Shown here: in pieces, positions 29,501-38,788 of the stretch
How the letters are laid out: each line of letters starts with the position of its first letter
Numbering within the stretch: the first letter of the stretch is position 1
NCBI GenBank assembly: GCA_051003195.1
Contig: JBPCLP010000021.1
Location: forward strand, 224,001 to 288,000
Direction of reading: 5' to 3'
DNA from: Candidatus Sumerlaeaceae bacterium
GTDB lineage: Bacteria > Sumerlaeota > Sumerlaeia > Sumerlaeales > Sumerlaeaceae
DNA length: 64,000 nucleotides
Program-made: the position numbers and the translations under genes
Notes under the pieces: generated by a model
What the model was told of the DNA's origin: nothing
What the model saw: the letters and a program-made list of their open reading frames with translations, nothing else
Databases searched by the model: none

Positions 29501-29738
29501 AGACTCGTACCTGCGGCTGGAACGCGATTTCCACGACATGGTCGCCGGTGTTTCCGTCGGCATTCGTTCGCGAAATCGGCTATCCACCGAAGACGAAGGA
29601 ACGGCGAAGGACAATTTCCAGGTGCGTTTCAATATGCGCTTTAAACCGTCGAATGAAAAGGGTGTAAGTCCTACGGTCACTCGTTCGTCGAAATTGTACA
29701 GTGCAGATCGTGTAAGCGGTTTCGAGCGCGGAGGTTGA
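26586..29738 (+). CDS. LptD-like LPS assembly outer-membrane protein
   Basis: OstA-like N-domain ('LEADRI', 'FTMCDFPVPHYRIRA', 'PVLWLPY') followed by a long beta-barrel-like region; adjacent to the lptF-like gene. Confidence 0.78.
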   Translation: MSLQLPRWVAGTVWIGLVCGVSIWMHGQTNRPLASTPATARAGVARLSPPAHPQNGSYPQLQQAPATASPAVAETEANVPGGSRAIETGAADINVEAAAERAELPAAALLKDVQSVSRLSERDWDPAEFEQLAAPSYETTDVLSQLAVGSVVVPPQILSVEELLAANRPVEPIGYGAPAMGTGVPFRIGTGTAGADPAAPGPLAAGKVEIESTDYLDYDEEHNHIYGQGRIVVRFGAYKLEADRILIDTRIQEVQAYGHVILSSPTEYMEAESLWFDGLHSRGVAYNARGHTGNFFVLAGDPHEADGTTIRQVSEAETVMKDSCFTMCDFPVPHYRIRAKEFTIINNERIFASNVVLYVLECPVLWLPYFTRAMNDENPFGISGGIDSQLGFFVRLHYDYRHSCFTPSDVDDRLMIRASSGHARLRLDFMSKRGFGEGINYNYNLDYGRHFGRLDAYHIADSQRNVDGETGTERNYLDWYHRSRITDELDYMIDVNYASDPDIYYDILDRLRGSGEPRQGRFPERSLQTGLEWTCDDFFAGIQIELKDRIGRNRVSNFGEFRDGDFDFDRSYNNEGFFTLTAPGVGPDGNFYPNAGIYTDPSTLQEDIDAGVASSRYGRVSERLPQLTVSSNRMRLWCLPLWYHVDLNVFNNLDKGLNIVSTRDDSFVQGFDLYQSISHLAKFCERYTLLTKAGLGMGVAQRDDDSYNLDFPAGATFPFIYNGQRINGQPLGLTFVDKDTFLVGERQMSLSDVDPAFVYGDLDSRFNARISECLSAFIRYRFREGTDNNLGTFYESMGARKSMDDLYAFRTPEHWIESGLSYQLDNPRLSANMTFGQNLQTEGDVTPNELLGYSNLSLTYTNLCNTLVLNGGVGFQERQMRDPTDPNAFVQNAATYYVSGSYLPIHQRWWTRMSAFFIDNNDIDPLGLSASGTRDLDTRDEAILDYALGRKIGPKYLVEFRSVMRTRTTENEDSYLRLERDFHDMVAGVSVGIRSRNRLSTEDEGTAKDNFQVRFNMRFKPSNEKGVSPTVTRSSKLYSADRVSGFERGG

Positions 29739-29769
29739 CGGCGGTGTTTTTGGGCAAAGGAGTGAGGTT

Positions 29770-30162
29770 ATGACTGAGAAAAAGAAGATTCTGGCCGTAG
29801 ATGATGAAAGCGACGTTCTGCTGATTCTGAAAACGGCGCTGATTAGCGAAGGTTACCAGGTATTTACGGCGACCAATGGGCCCGATGCTATTGCGTTGGC
29901 CCGGGAACACACGCCGGACCTGATGGTGCTGGATATGATGATGCCGGACATGAATGGTTTTGAAACACTACGGCATATTCGGGATGGTTCGGCTACACAA
30001 GGTGTTCCAGTGATCATGCTGACCGGGGTGTCCGATAAGGATAAGATTCGGCAGGCTCTCGATCTTGGAATCGATTACTATATTGTAAAACCGTTTGAAT
30101 TTCATGACCTGATAGCGAAGGTAAAGCTGGCGATCTCGGACTCCAGTCGCCCTCCGATCTGA
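29770..30162 (+). CDS. Single-domain response regulator
   Basis: 'ILAVDDE', 'LDMMMPDMNG', 'MLT', 'YIVKPF'. Confidence 0.95.
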   Translation: MTEKKKILAVDDESDVLLILKTALISEGYQVFTATNGPDAIALAREHTPDLMVLDMMMPDMNGFETLRHIRDGSATQGVPVIMLTGVSDKDKIRQALDLGIDYYIVKPFEFHDLIAKVKLAISDSSRPPI

Positions 30163-30199
30163 GGCGCAGGTGAGGTGCCGCCGCCTTTAGCGCAGAGGT

Positions 30200-30946
30200 T
30201 TAGCGCAGGGGTTCCGCAGAGGTTTGTATGGAGTCCGCCTGTGTCAGCGCCCAGTAAGCACGCATCGCAGCCTGGTTCTCTGCGATTTTTTTCCGTGCAC
30301 CCTCGCCCCGGCCTTTGATTTCGCCATTTACCCGCACAACGACTTCAAACTGCTTGTTATGATCGGGGCCGCTTTCGCTGATAATATCATACTCCGGAAC
30401 TGTCTGCGAGAATTTTTGCACATGCTCCTGAAGCATCGATTTGTAATCACCGAACTCGTCGGTGGCAGAAAGCACGCGCGCCGGCTCGAAGATTTCTTTT
30501 TCCAGGAAGCGCATCATCGGCTGAATGCCAAAATCGATATACATGGCCCCTACAACGGCCTCCAGGGCGCTGCCGAGCAAGGCCGGACGTTCCCGGCCAC
30601 CGTGCAGTTCCTCGCCCTTGCCCAGCAGAATCAACTGCCCGAAACCTAATTCGAATGCGCGTTTACCAAGTACCCCGCGACTGATCATTTGGGACTTGTA
30701 CTTGGACAATACACCTTCCCGCGAACGAGGATACTCGTTAAACAGGTATTCCGAAACAACGAGCCCGAGCACGGCGTCGCCCAGAAACTCCAGCCGTTCG
30801 TTGTCGTGCTCCAGCTGCATTTCAAAGGCGTAGCTGCTGTGAGTCAATGCGCGGTCGAGAAGCGCCAGGTCTCCCATCATGGCAAGGCCGTGCTGTTCGA
30901 GGAATCGCACAAGCCTTATCGTTCTCTCTGGGCTGAGGTTTTTCAA
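30200..30946 (-). CDS. rnc: Ribonuclease III
   Basis: 'ALTHSSY', signature 'NERLEFLGDAVLGL', dsRBD 'GPDHNKQF...KKIAENQAA'. Confidence 0.97.
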   Translation of the reverse strand: MKNLSPERTIRLVRFLEQHGLAMMGDLALLDRALTHSSYAFEMQLEHDNERLEFLGDAVLGLVVSEYLFNEYPRSREGVLSKYKSQMISRGVLGKRAFELGFGQLILLGKGEELHGGRERPALLGSALEAVVGAMYIDFGIQPMMRFLEKEIFEPARVLSATDEFGDYKSMLQEHVQKFSQTVPEYDIISESGPDHNKQFEVVVRVNGEIKGRGEGARKKIAENQAAMRAYWALTQADSIQTSAEPLR

Positions 30947-31029
30947 ATGCAGTTCAGTCTTTATGGGATCCGTACAAATGCACAGTCTTTATGCACATTG
31001 CGAATTGCTCTAGGCAACATTTACTTCAC

Positions 31030-33276
31030 TTATTGGATGGGTGAGCTCACGCGCTGGAGGGCTGGCGGGTATTCTGCGCTCAGCGCATCGAGCACGATTC
31101 TGCCCGTGGCCTTCAGCGCCTCCTGGTCCTGGGCAATATAAACGTCCTTAACAACCAATGGATACAGGGGCTGGTCCGACTCGGACGAGCGCTCAGGAAC
31201 CAGGTCTTTCACAAGGCAGGTTGCACGCCGCCATTCTCCTGACCAATAGATTCCTTTTCCACCTTCTGTAAAATCCGCGGTAAAAGTAGTTCCGCGCGAA
31301 TCAACCAGGTTTGCACGCAGCCACTCCTGTTTGCCATCGCCGAGAATCCATACGCCCAGTTTTACGGGAGCCCGTTCAAGCAATCCACCCACTGGCACGT
31401 TGATGCGGCTTCTTCCATTACCGCGCATCGCATATTGCACCGCCACTGCACCCGTGCCTTCCTTATGATCGGCCACTACCTGCTGGATCCCCGTTGCGCC
31501 GGCATCATAATTTGTCCCAGTCAGAGAGAGGTGACGGTCCATGCTGTCAAATGAGGCGAGCACAGTGTGGCTGCTTTGATCCACAAAGTACGGGAGCGAT
31601 CTCACCGTCTGCCCTATGGACACTTGCAACTCGCCGGCTCCCGCGCGCTTTCCCTCGATCTTGATACGGTCGCAGGCAATACTACCACCGGCAGCTACGA
31701 CGTTTATCATTTCTGGCTGAAGTACCATGCCTGCGTCGCGAGACGATAGCTGAACATCCAGCTGCTGTTTCTCCCCACTATCTAACAAGACTGCAGCGGG
31801 TTCGATCCTAAGGCCGGAGAGATCCTGGGCACGAATAGTCAGTTCGCCAGCGGCTGCACCCAGTTCGGCACGCACGGTTCCAGTGCCTGCAGTTTTGCCA
31901 ATCTGCAGTTCAATCGTGTCGCCGGCCGCTTTGGTATGCTCTGAGATGTTTGCGACGATCGCCTGAAGCTGGCCTGCAGGATCGATGGCAACAGGCGTGT
32001 CTGTCTCATCGAAGCCCTTTACTTTGAGCCGCAACGGAACCCCGGTCGGAACAAGCAACGGATTACCCGCGGGCTCGAACATGAGCTTCCTGACGATTCC
32101 GGAGCCGGGGTCGGCAAGCACGACAAGCGAATTAGTGACAGGACGTGGCCCTTTCAAATCGCTGGGGTGATTGACGACCTTGCCGTCGACAACCATGGTG
32201 GTCGAGCCGCCGCCATCCAGGTTAATGGCCTGGGAGCATCCGAGCTGCTTCATATATTCGGCGAGCTCATAGAGGTTTTGCCCGATACTCAGCTTCGGCT
32301 GCCTTCCATCAACGGTAACAAGATACAAAGTATGCTTGTCCGCAGAAATGCCCGCTGCGGTCCTGGGGTGTCGATCCGTCGCAAAACTACGGCCCATTTC
32401 CTCGGAGTCGTAATCCACTTGCACCTGGCCGTGTTTTAACAGGCTTGGGCCTCCACCAACGCATGTGCCGACAACACCTTGTATCTGGGGTATACTCGAG
32501 CGGATTGTGCACTTGCCGATTTTTTTGGGGCCGCCGTCCAGTTTAGACGGAACGGAAAGGATCAGTGTCTCGGGTGTGAGGGTGCTTGAGGTGTCCGCAG
32601 ACACGGGCGCAATCGACGCGGCAATCGACTGGTTGGGAAGAAACTCCGAATGCGGCAGTTTAATTATGTATCGATGGCCAGCTAACGGAGGAACCTGGAT
32701 GCCGAATGGTGGCGTGAAAAGCAGTACGCTGTCCGTGCTGCCGCGGGTGTCATTGACCCGGTCGACGGTGAACTTACCCCCGGCGGTTTGTATCGTAATG
32801 TCCATATGGACCGGCCCGATATGTACTTTTCGATCTTTCGTAAGGGCAAAAACCGAGCGCTTTGCATTCGGTGAATTGCAGATCATGTTATTAGCGATCA
32901 GCAAACCAAGGGGTGAATAGGGACGCGGCGACATAGTCCAGAAATCGGCATTTACCGCGGCAAGGACCCGGCTGGTAGTCGAGGCAGCTTCACGCGCAAC
33001 AACGTCCGGTATTCGCTCGCCGCGAAAAAGTGAGTCGTCTCCGGGCTCGGCCTTTAACGTCACACGGGGATTGGCAAGATCCACCCGCAGGACACTGAAC
33101 TGTAACGGGCCGGTGGAAAAACGTTCGGTGCGGATCATGGTACCGGGACCAACCGGAGTAAATGCCTGGGACAGCGCTGGTGCCACACTTACACAGCAAG
33201 CCAGTGCCGATGCAACAGCCGCGACAGCCGCGCTTCGGGCGGCCATAAGATACTGTTTTGTCGCGGTCCTTATCAA
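31030..33276 (-). CDS. Phosphodiester glycosidase (NAGPA) family secreted protein
   Basis: 'AAVNADFW', 'RHPRTAAG', 'TVDGRQ', 'AINLDGGGST'; Ig-like and CBM-like C-terminal domains. Confidence 0.9.
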   Translation of the reverse strand: MIRTATKQYLMAARSAAVAAVASALACCVSVAPALSQAFTPVGPGTMIRTERFSTGPLQFSVLRVDLANPRVTLKAEPGDDSLFRGERIPDVVAREAASTTSRVLAAVNADFWTMSPRPYSPLGLLIANNMICNSPNAKRSVFALTKDRKVHIGPVHMDITIQTAGGKFTVDRVNDTRGSTDSVLLFTPPFGIQVPPLAGHRYIIKLPHSEFLPNQSIAASIAPVSADTSSTLTPETLILSVPSKLDGGPKKIGKCTIRSSIPQIQGVVGTCVGGGPSLLKHGQVQVDYDSEEMGRSFATDRHPRTAAGISADKHTLYLVTVDGRQPKLSIGQNLYELAEYMKQLGCSQAINLDGGGSTTMVVDGKVVNHPSDLKGPRPVTNSLVVLADPGSGIVRKLMFEPAGNPLLVPTGVPLRLKVKGFDETDTPVAIDPAGQLQAIVANISEHTKAAGDTIELQIGKTAGTGTVRAELGAAAGELTIRAQDLSGLRIEPAAVLLDSGEKQQLDVQLSSRDAGMVLQPEMINVVAAGGSIACDRIKIEGKRAGAGELQVSIGQTVRSLPYFVDQSSHTVLASFDSMDRHLSLTGTNYDAGATGIQQVVADHKEGTGAVAVQYAMRGNGRSRINVPVGGLLERAPVKLGVWILGDGKQEWLRANLVDSRGTTFTADFTEGGKGIYWSGEWRRATCLVKDLVPERSSESDQPLYPLVVKDVYIAQDQEALKATGRIVLDALSAEYPPALQRVSSPIQ

Positions 33277-34463
33277 TGCAAACTCAGTTCAAGAATATCG
33301 ATATTCCGGTCGGCTTTCGTAACCAGATCGGATGCGTCGTTCTCAAATGCAAGGCTAAGGGCCAGAGATTTCGGAGCACCTTGTGGCCATAGCAAGAGAT
33401 CATATGCTGCCGGCTGCAATCCATCGAGGTACAGGCGGGCCAACTCGGATTCTCCTGATCGGAGGACAAGAATCGGCGACATGCCCAGCGCTTCTGTTCC
33501 TCGGACGCGCACGAGCAGCGAGGTTGTGCGAAACACGCCTGTATCAAAACGCGCTGCGACCGTGCCTGTTCTCGACAATTGAAGTGCAGTGCTCGTAAGG
33601 CGTGCACCCTGCGGCAATGCAAACCGGGTTAAATCCAAAGCAGCCAACTGTACCTGCGGCGCTGCTGAATCCATTAACGCGGTGGATTCTGGACCTTCCA
33701 ACCGCAACATCGTGTTTGCAAGAGCAGCGAGTATAAGCGGCGGACTCGACATGCGTTCCGCTGCAGTCGCAAGTGATCGCAAGGCAGCCGTTGTATTACC
33801 TGCCTTGTCCATCAGCGCCGCTCGAATCGCTATTTCTGCGACTTGCGCGTCAGGAGTCTTGAAGATGGCAAGGCGCTGCAGATGCTGTTCCACCGCAGAA
33901 TTATCATCGAGCTTCATGCTGATCTTAGCGGTGCTTAAGATGCCTTCGAGAGAATCGCTGTTTTCCAAAGGTAGAATGGTGCGGATGGTTTCCCGGGTCG
34001 CACCTGCGTCAAGTGCGACACGCAACATCTCGCCACCACTCAGGTAATCGCCGGCCTGCCACAAGTACGTACCCAATAACCGGTAGGTTGCGCTCTCATC
34101 GTAACCTGCGGCCCGTACCTCGCGACCTCGTATCGCAGCACCCTTCTGCAACGCGTCGACCATCGTCATTACTGCGTCACGCGGCTTGCCACTGGTCGCC
34201 TGGATTTCAGCGAGCAGGTAAGTCGCTTCGAAATCATAATATTCCTGGGCGAGCCGCTTGCGGACGAGCAGCTCCGCCTCGGGGTATTGCTTCTGAGCGA
34301 GGTATTCTCTTACCAGGTAGCGATAGTTTTCAGGCATTCGCCGCGATAGCGTGAAGAACAATCCGGGAATGGCGGCGACTCCCGCGACAAATGCGGCAGC
34401 CAACAATATAAACAGCACTACCCAGCTGAAAGCTGGCCTCGCATAGCCAACCCGCGCAACCAA
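33273..34463 (-). CDS. Membrane-anchored TPR protein with C-terminal CBM60-like domain
   Basis: N-terminal TM, TPR-like helices, C-terminal 'LAFENDA...DRNIDI'. Confidence 0.65.
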   Translation of the reverse strand: MVARVGYARPAFSWVVLFILLAAAFVAGVAAIPGLFFTLSRRMPENYRYLVREYLAQKQYPEAELLVRKRLAQEYYDFEATYLLAEIQATSGKPRDAVMTMVDALQKGAAIRGREVRAAGYDESATYRLLGTYLWQAGDYLSGGEMLRVALDAGATRETIRTILPLENSDSLEGILSTAKISMKLDDNSAVEQHLQRLAIFKTPDAQVAEIAIRAALMDKAGNTTAALRSLATAAERMSSPPLILAALANTMLRLEGPESTALMDSAAPQVQLAALDLTRFALPQGARLTSTALQLSRTGTVAARFDTGVFRTTSLLVRVRGTEALGMSPILVLRSGESELARLYLDGLQPAAYDLLLWPQGAPKSLALSLAFENDASDLVTKADRNIDILELSLH

Positions 34464-34471
34464 GGTGCGGG

Positions 34472-36529
34472 TCAGGCCTCCCTTAATTGCATGTAGCGCT
34501 GGCGTGCCAGCAGGCCCAGCAAAATGCCTGCAGTCAGGAGTGTTGCGACCAGGAGTAATACGCTGCGTTGTGGGAAGTAATGACGTTCCGGAGCGACTGC
34601 GTGCGCTGCGACAGAGACGTCGCTCACGTCTTCACGCACTGCAATCTGCGCTTCCTGGACCTTCTGCAACAGAAGATCGGCAAAGCGTTGAATCGCCCGC
34701 TGGCGCAACTCGAGAACCTCAAGATCCGCGGTCGCTTTATCTTTCTTCTGCTGATAAGTTTCGATGCGCAAGCGGCTGGCCTCAACGGACTGAGAAAGTG
34801 CACGGACTTCCTGCTCAATGAGCGCAATTTCCTGTGCTGTACTGGAAAGATTATTGGTCAGCTCGACATAGTTTCTGAAAAGCTGTTCGTTGCTTTTCTG
34901 CCAGCGATCGAGATTTTCCTTGATGAAAATCTCGCTCTGGCGCGCCTGGTAGAGCTCGTTCTGGAGCCTGCGCAATTGTGCATCCATCCGCGGCACAGTC
35001 GTATTCAGCTGCGCCATTTCTCCCTCAAGGTTTTGCAACTCCTCGTATACTTTTGCGCGCTGGATACCGAGCTTCTCCCAGACCGGGTTGAGCTCCTGAC
35101 GTTGAAACTGCACCTGTGCGAGGCTGCCCAGGTCCTGCCGACGTCCCGAAGCAATGGCGGTCCCGATCGCCTCCTCGGGTAGAGAAGTCGAAAGTGTGAT
35201 GTACGGCTGAGTTGCCGAAAGCTGCTCATCAAGTTTCGCCAGCGTTTCCTTCAGAGTGCCAAGTCCAACGGTCCCGCTGCGGAGACGGCTGACGGCATCC
35301 AGATAATCCTGCTGTAATTGATCGCGTTCTTTCTCGAGCATCTCTAGCGGTTGCTGCTCGTAAAATTTGTTGGATTCTGTCATTGCTGATGCCAGTCTCG
35401 AACCGCTGCGCAGCGTCTCATCGTGAATACGGCTGTAAAGCTCTGCAACCGCGATGCTGCTACCGGAATCATCGGCAAGCGACAGGGTGTTGGAAAGAAG
35501 TTCTGTGTCCGCCGAAGTCTTGCTGCTGGAGAGATCAACTGTCGTTGTGCTTACGCCGGCGTCGGTACGAACCCGTCCGACCCATTCACCGTTCATTTCC
35601 ATGGCAGCAATGAGACCATGCAAGCGAGCGAGCCTGCCGCGCAGCCGATCCAGAGCCGCTTCCTTAACGACGAGCTGCTGACTGAAATTCCGGAAATTCT
35701 CAGAGTTCTCATCCACCAGTCGCTGCAGGAGCTCGATATTGTTACGTGATTTGTATACAACGATGGTAGTCTGGATGTCCTCAAGTTCTGCCTGGCTCGT
35801 GTTCTGCTGCTTCACGATACTATCATATTGCTGCGTAGTCTTCTGGCGTGTGAGCTGATCATATTTTCGCTCAAACAATGTTGCCCAGGTATTTGCGAGC
35901 GCCTGTGCTTTTGCGCCTGAGTCGCCAATGGCGTACAACTGAACAAGAGGCGAAAAGGTCAGGTCTGATGCTGTCTTCTTTTCGACAGTCTCCTCGCTTG
36001 AAAGCACTTTCGCCAGGTCGTCCGTCGTCATATCCTCCAGATCAGCCCGTTTAAAACTCAGGATGGCGCGCAATTCCTGCACACTTAATGCCGCAAGATA
36101 GGTTGCCAGGTCCTCATCCTGGATATCGAGCAGGCGCGCGACGTCCGCTGGTGCAGCACCTGAAATAGCACTAAGCCGTGCTGCGTCCGCACCAGGTCCG
36201 AGTTTTGTATCGAGGAGCGTACGTGCAGTGCGTAATCGGTCTATTACCAATTGAAGTAGCTCGCCCGATTCCAGCAATGTACGAACGGTGCTGACACTCA
36301 GCGGTTGCGTTCGCACTTCGGGCAGAAACCTTGGTGGGAGTACTATCACCGTCGCCTGCGCTTTGTAGCGGCGGGGCACCAGCATCAATACCCCGGCAAA
36401 TACAAGCACGGCGATGCCCAGGACCTTCATGATATACCAGCGGTTTTGCCACCAATAGCTGACTATGGCCGAGGCCACGTCGACCTGCGGCCGTCCGGCA
36501 TGCGTGGCCGAGCTGTCGGCGGCGCTCAA
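34472..36529 (-). CDS. Wzz/GumC-like polysaccharide co-polymerase (no kinase domain)
   Basis: N-terminal TM plus 'PRRYKAQATV', long coiled coil, C-terminal 'VSVAAHAVAPERHYFPQR' plus TM. Confidence 0.8.
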   Translation of the reverse strand: MSAADSSATHAGRPQVDVASAIVSYWWQNRWYIMKVLGIAVLVFAGVLMLVPRRYKAQATVIVLPPRFLPEVRTQPLSVSTVRTLLESGELLQLVIDRLRTARTLLDTKLGPGADAARLSAISGAAPADVARLLDIQDEDLATYLAALSVQELRAILSFKRADLEDMTTDDLAKVLSSEETVEKKTASDLTFSPLVQLYAIGDSGAKAQALANTWATLFERKYDQLTRQKTTQQYDSIVKQQNTSQAELEDIQTTIVVYKSRNNIELLQRLVDENSENFRNFSQQLVVKEAALDRLRGRLARLHGLIAAMEMNGEWVGRVRTDAGVSTTTVDLSSSKTSADTELLSNTLSLADDSGSSIAVAELYSRIHDETLRSGSRLASAMTESNKFYEQQPLEMLEKERDQLQQDYLDAVSRLRSGTVGLGTLKETLAKLDEQLSATQPYITLSTSLPEEAIGTAIASGRRQDLGSLAQVQFQRQELNPVWEKLGIQRAKVYEELQNLEGEMAQLNTTVPRMDAQLRRLQNELYQARQSEIFIKENLDRWQKSNEQLFRNYVELTNNLSSTAQEIALIEQEVRALSQSVEASRLRIETYQQKKDKATADLEVLELRQRAIQRFADLLLQKVQEAQIAVREDVSDVSVAAHAVAPERHYFPQRSVLLLVATLLTAGILLGLLARQRYMQLREA

Positions 36530-37998
36530 AACTTCCCTGCCGGCACCGGATTGATTAAAACCCCAAGCACGTACAAGCTTCGGTCTTCTCCTTTTTCTGA
36601 GACTGCGTCCGCTTCGGCGGAGTACGCCAGTTTTATTTCATGATTTCCCGGCGAGAGCCTGGAAGTAACAGAATAACAATCCCAGCCCTCGCGCGCGACA
36701 TACAGCTCACCTGGCGAAAAAGTGTCTATTTGAATGCGAATCACAGGCCCCAGATTCTGCGCCATGTCCGATGCGGCGATAATGGTCACCCGGAACTCCG
36801 CTGGTGCGGATACAGAAAAAGCCGCCGCGAGTTCCCCATACTGTCGAAAAAGCGCAATGCCCTCCGCTGAAAGTGGCACAGTGCAGGTTGTCTCGGACGC
36901 TTTGATGTACGTCGCACCATAAAGACTCTGCACGAACTCTTCGGGATACGTGCGTACCATAGCCTGCTCACCCGCAATGTCATATGCGCGCAACTGGAGC
37001 TGCAGATTTGAGCTGAGCGATGCAGCAGTCAGGTACTCGGCATACGCGTCACTCAGGCGCTGCTTCGACGAGAGCAAATCTCCCTGTAGCATCCGGAGCA
37101 CTGGATCGTCGGTTGAACTATATGCCGGCGTAGTCAGTCCAGTGTCAGGCTCGAAACGCAGCTTCTGTACTTCAAGCCACAATGAAGCGCGTTGCCTGCT
37201 ATTTACCACACGTGTCTGGCGGGGCAGATCCAGTACCGTAACGGTTGAGGTCAGCTGATCTTCTGCTGCACGCATGACCTCTCTTTGTACGTCCAATAGA
37301 AACTTCGCCGGGCTTGATTGTGTATCTACGTAGTACTGGGACTGCGGGTAGTTTCCGCTGAGCGCCGCACTTGCAGCGCCGAGCAATCGGGATCGTGGAT
37401 TTTTGTCATGCCGATCTATCGCCTCTTGCAACATCCCGGCGGCGTCTTCCCACATTCCTCGACGCATCGCGAGCCGACCGCTCCACGAATGCCACAGCAT
37501 ACTCTCGAGGTGCATACGTGATTCCGGCTGCGGAACCTCGCCCATAACATTTGGATCTTGGGAAGGTGCGAGCGCAGCCTCACCCAGGGCGGCAAGTTGT
37601 TGCTCAACCGCACTCAGGGTCTTTGTGCTCTGACTTTCTGCAAGTGCACCAAGCAGCCGTCGTGCTTCATCGTCTTTGCCGATTTCGTAACAGGCGATTG
37701 CGAGCCAGTAGTCACGCTGCGCTCCTGAAAGAGCTGGCTGTTTCAGTGCCACATGCGCCGCTTGCCATTTAGCCTGGCGAAGCAGGGCTTCACCCAATCG
37801 CACCTGGGCCGCGGCGTTGCCAGGCTGGCTCTTTACAAGCGCCGAAAAACGGCGTTCAGCCTCCGGAAAGCTGCCCTGGTGCAGGGCATACAATGCCCTG
37901 TTAAATTGAAGGCGAAAAACAAAGCGCGACAGATATGCAGCTGCGAGTCCAATGATTGCAATAAGCAGTAGCGCAGATACGACTCGCCGCAGCGTCAC
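36526..37998 (-). CDS. Membrane-anchored TPR protein with C-terminal CBM60-like domain
   Basis: N-terminal TM, TPR 'AQVRLGEALLRQAKWQAA', C-terminal 'GNHEIKLAY...GEDRSLYV'. Confidence 0.65.
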   Translation of the reverse strand: MTLRRVVSALLLIAIIGLAAAYLSRFVFRLQFNRALYALHQGSFPEAERRFSALVKSQPGNAAAQVRLGEALLRQAKWQAAHVALKQPALSGAQRDYWLAIACYEIGKDDEARRLLGALAESQSTKTLSAVEQQLAALGEAALAPSQDPNVMGEVPQPESRMHLESMLWHSWSGRLAMRRGMWEDAAGMLQEAIDRHDKNPRSRLLGAASAALSGNYPQSQYYVDTQSSPAKFLLDVQREVMRAAEDQLTSTVTVLDLPRQTRVVNSRQRASLWLEVQKLRFEPDTGLTTPAYSSTDDPVLRMLQGDLLSSKQRLSDAYAEYLTAASLSSNLQLQLRAYDIAGEQAMVRTYPEEFVQSLYGATYIKASETTCTVPLSAEGIALFRQYGELAAAFSVSAPAEFRVTIIAASDMAQNLGPVIRIQIDTFSPGELYVAREGWDCYSVTSRLSPGNHEIKLAYSAEADAVSEKGEDRSLYVLGVLINPVPAGKF

Positions 37999-38738
37999 GT
38001 GCCCACGTTCATCGTGCTGCGAATCTGGCGAAGTCGCTGCTCGACGGTTGCGCTCGTCGCAAGTGTGCCTTTCGGCAGGTCGCGCATTGCTGCGATCCGT
38101 TGATAAAGCCCGTACGCAGCACGCTGATTTCCGGAACGCTCCGCGGCGAGTGCTCTAAGGTATATCGAATTAACATTGTCGGCCTGCGAGCGAACGACCT
38201 GCGAAGCCAGCTGCTCCAGCCGCACATCATCAGAAGCACGGTATGCCATTATCATAAGATGCTCGAGCGCCCGCACATTTCCGGGCTGCACTCGTTCGGC
38301 TTTCTCGTATAATGCGCGAGCTTTCTCGAGTTCATTCTTGCGAGTGACTCCGTCAGCTTCTGCAAGCTTCTCATGAACTGCGCCCAGTTGTTCAAAGGCC
38401 CGCACCGGACGATATGTTCGAATAGCAATCTGCTGTCGTTCCCGTGCAGCCTCATACTGCTTCTGCGCAAGAAGCAGCGCTGCTAATTCGGTGTTTGCGC
38501 GACCCATGGAGGGATCGTACGCCACCGCTGTTCTCAACAGGCGCTCATATTCGGCGACGGATTTTTCGCCGCGCTGCGCAGCAACAAGGTAATAACGGGA
38601 ATAGTAGCCGCGAATCACAATGCTCATTCCGGTTAACATGACTCCGCATAGTGCAAGCTTCGCAAATAACGAGAAGGAACGCGTCAGGCTTGAGCGTTCA
38701 GTTTCTGGCGGGTTGATGGCCGGTGCTGTTGCTGGCAT
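37995..38738 (-). CDS. Membrane-anchored TPR protein
   Basis: One TM followed by TPR-like repeats ('KARALYEKAERVQPGNVRALEHL'). Confidence 0.7.
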   Translation of the reverse strand: MPATAPAINPPETERSSLTRSFSLFAKLALCGVMLTGMSIVIRGYYSRYYLVAAQRGEKSVAEYERLLRTAVAYDPSMGRANTELAALLLAQKQYEAARERQQIAIRTYRPVRAFEQLGAVHEKLAEADGVTRKNELEKARALYEKAERVQPGNVRALEHLMIMAYRASDDVRLEQLASQVVRSQADNVNSIYLRALAAERSGNQRAAYGLYQRIAAMRDLPKGTLATSATVEQRLRQIRSTMNVGT

Positions 38739-38788
38739 ATCAATATTGACGGTCAGCGATGCTCATCGGCCAGAAGCTGTAAAGTAGA

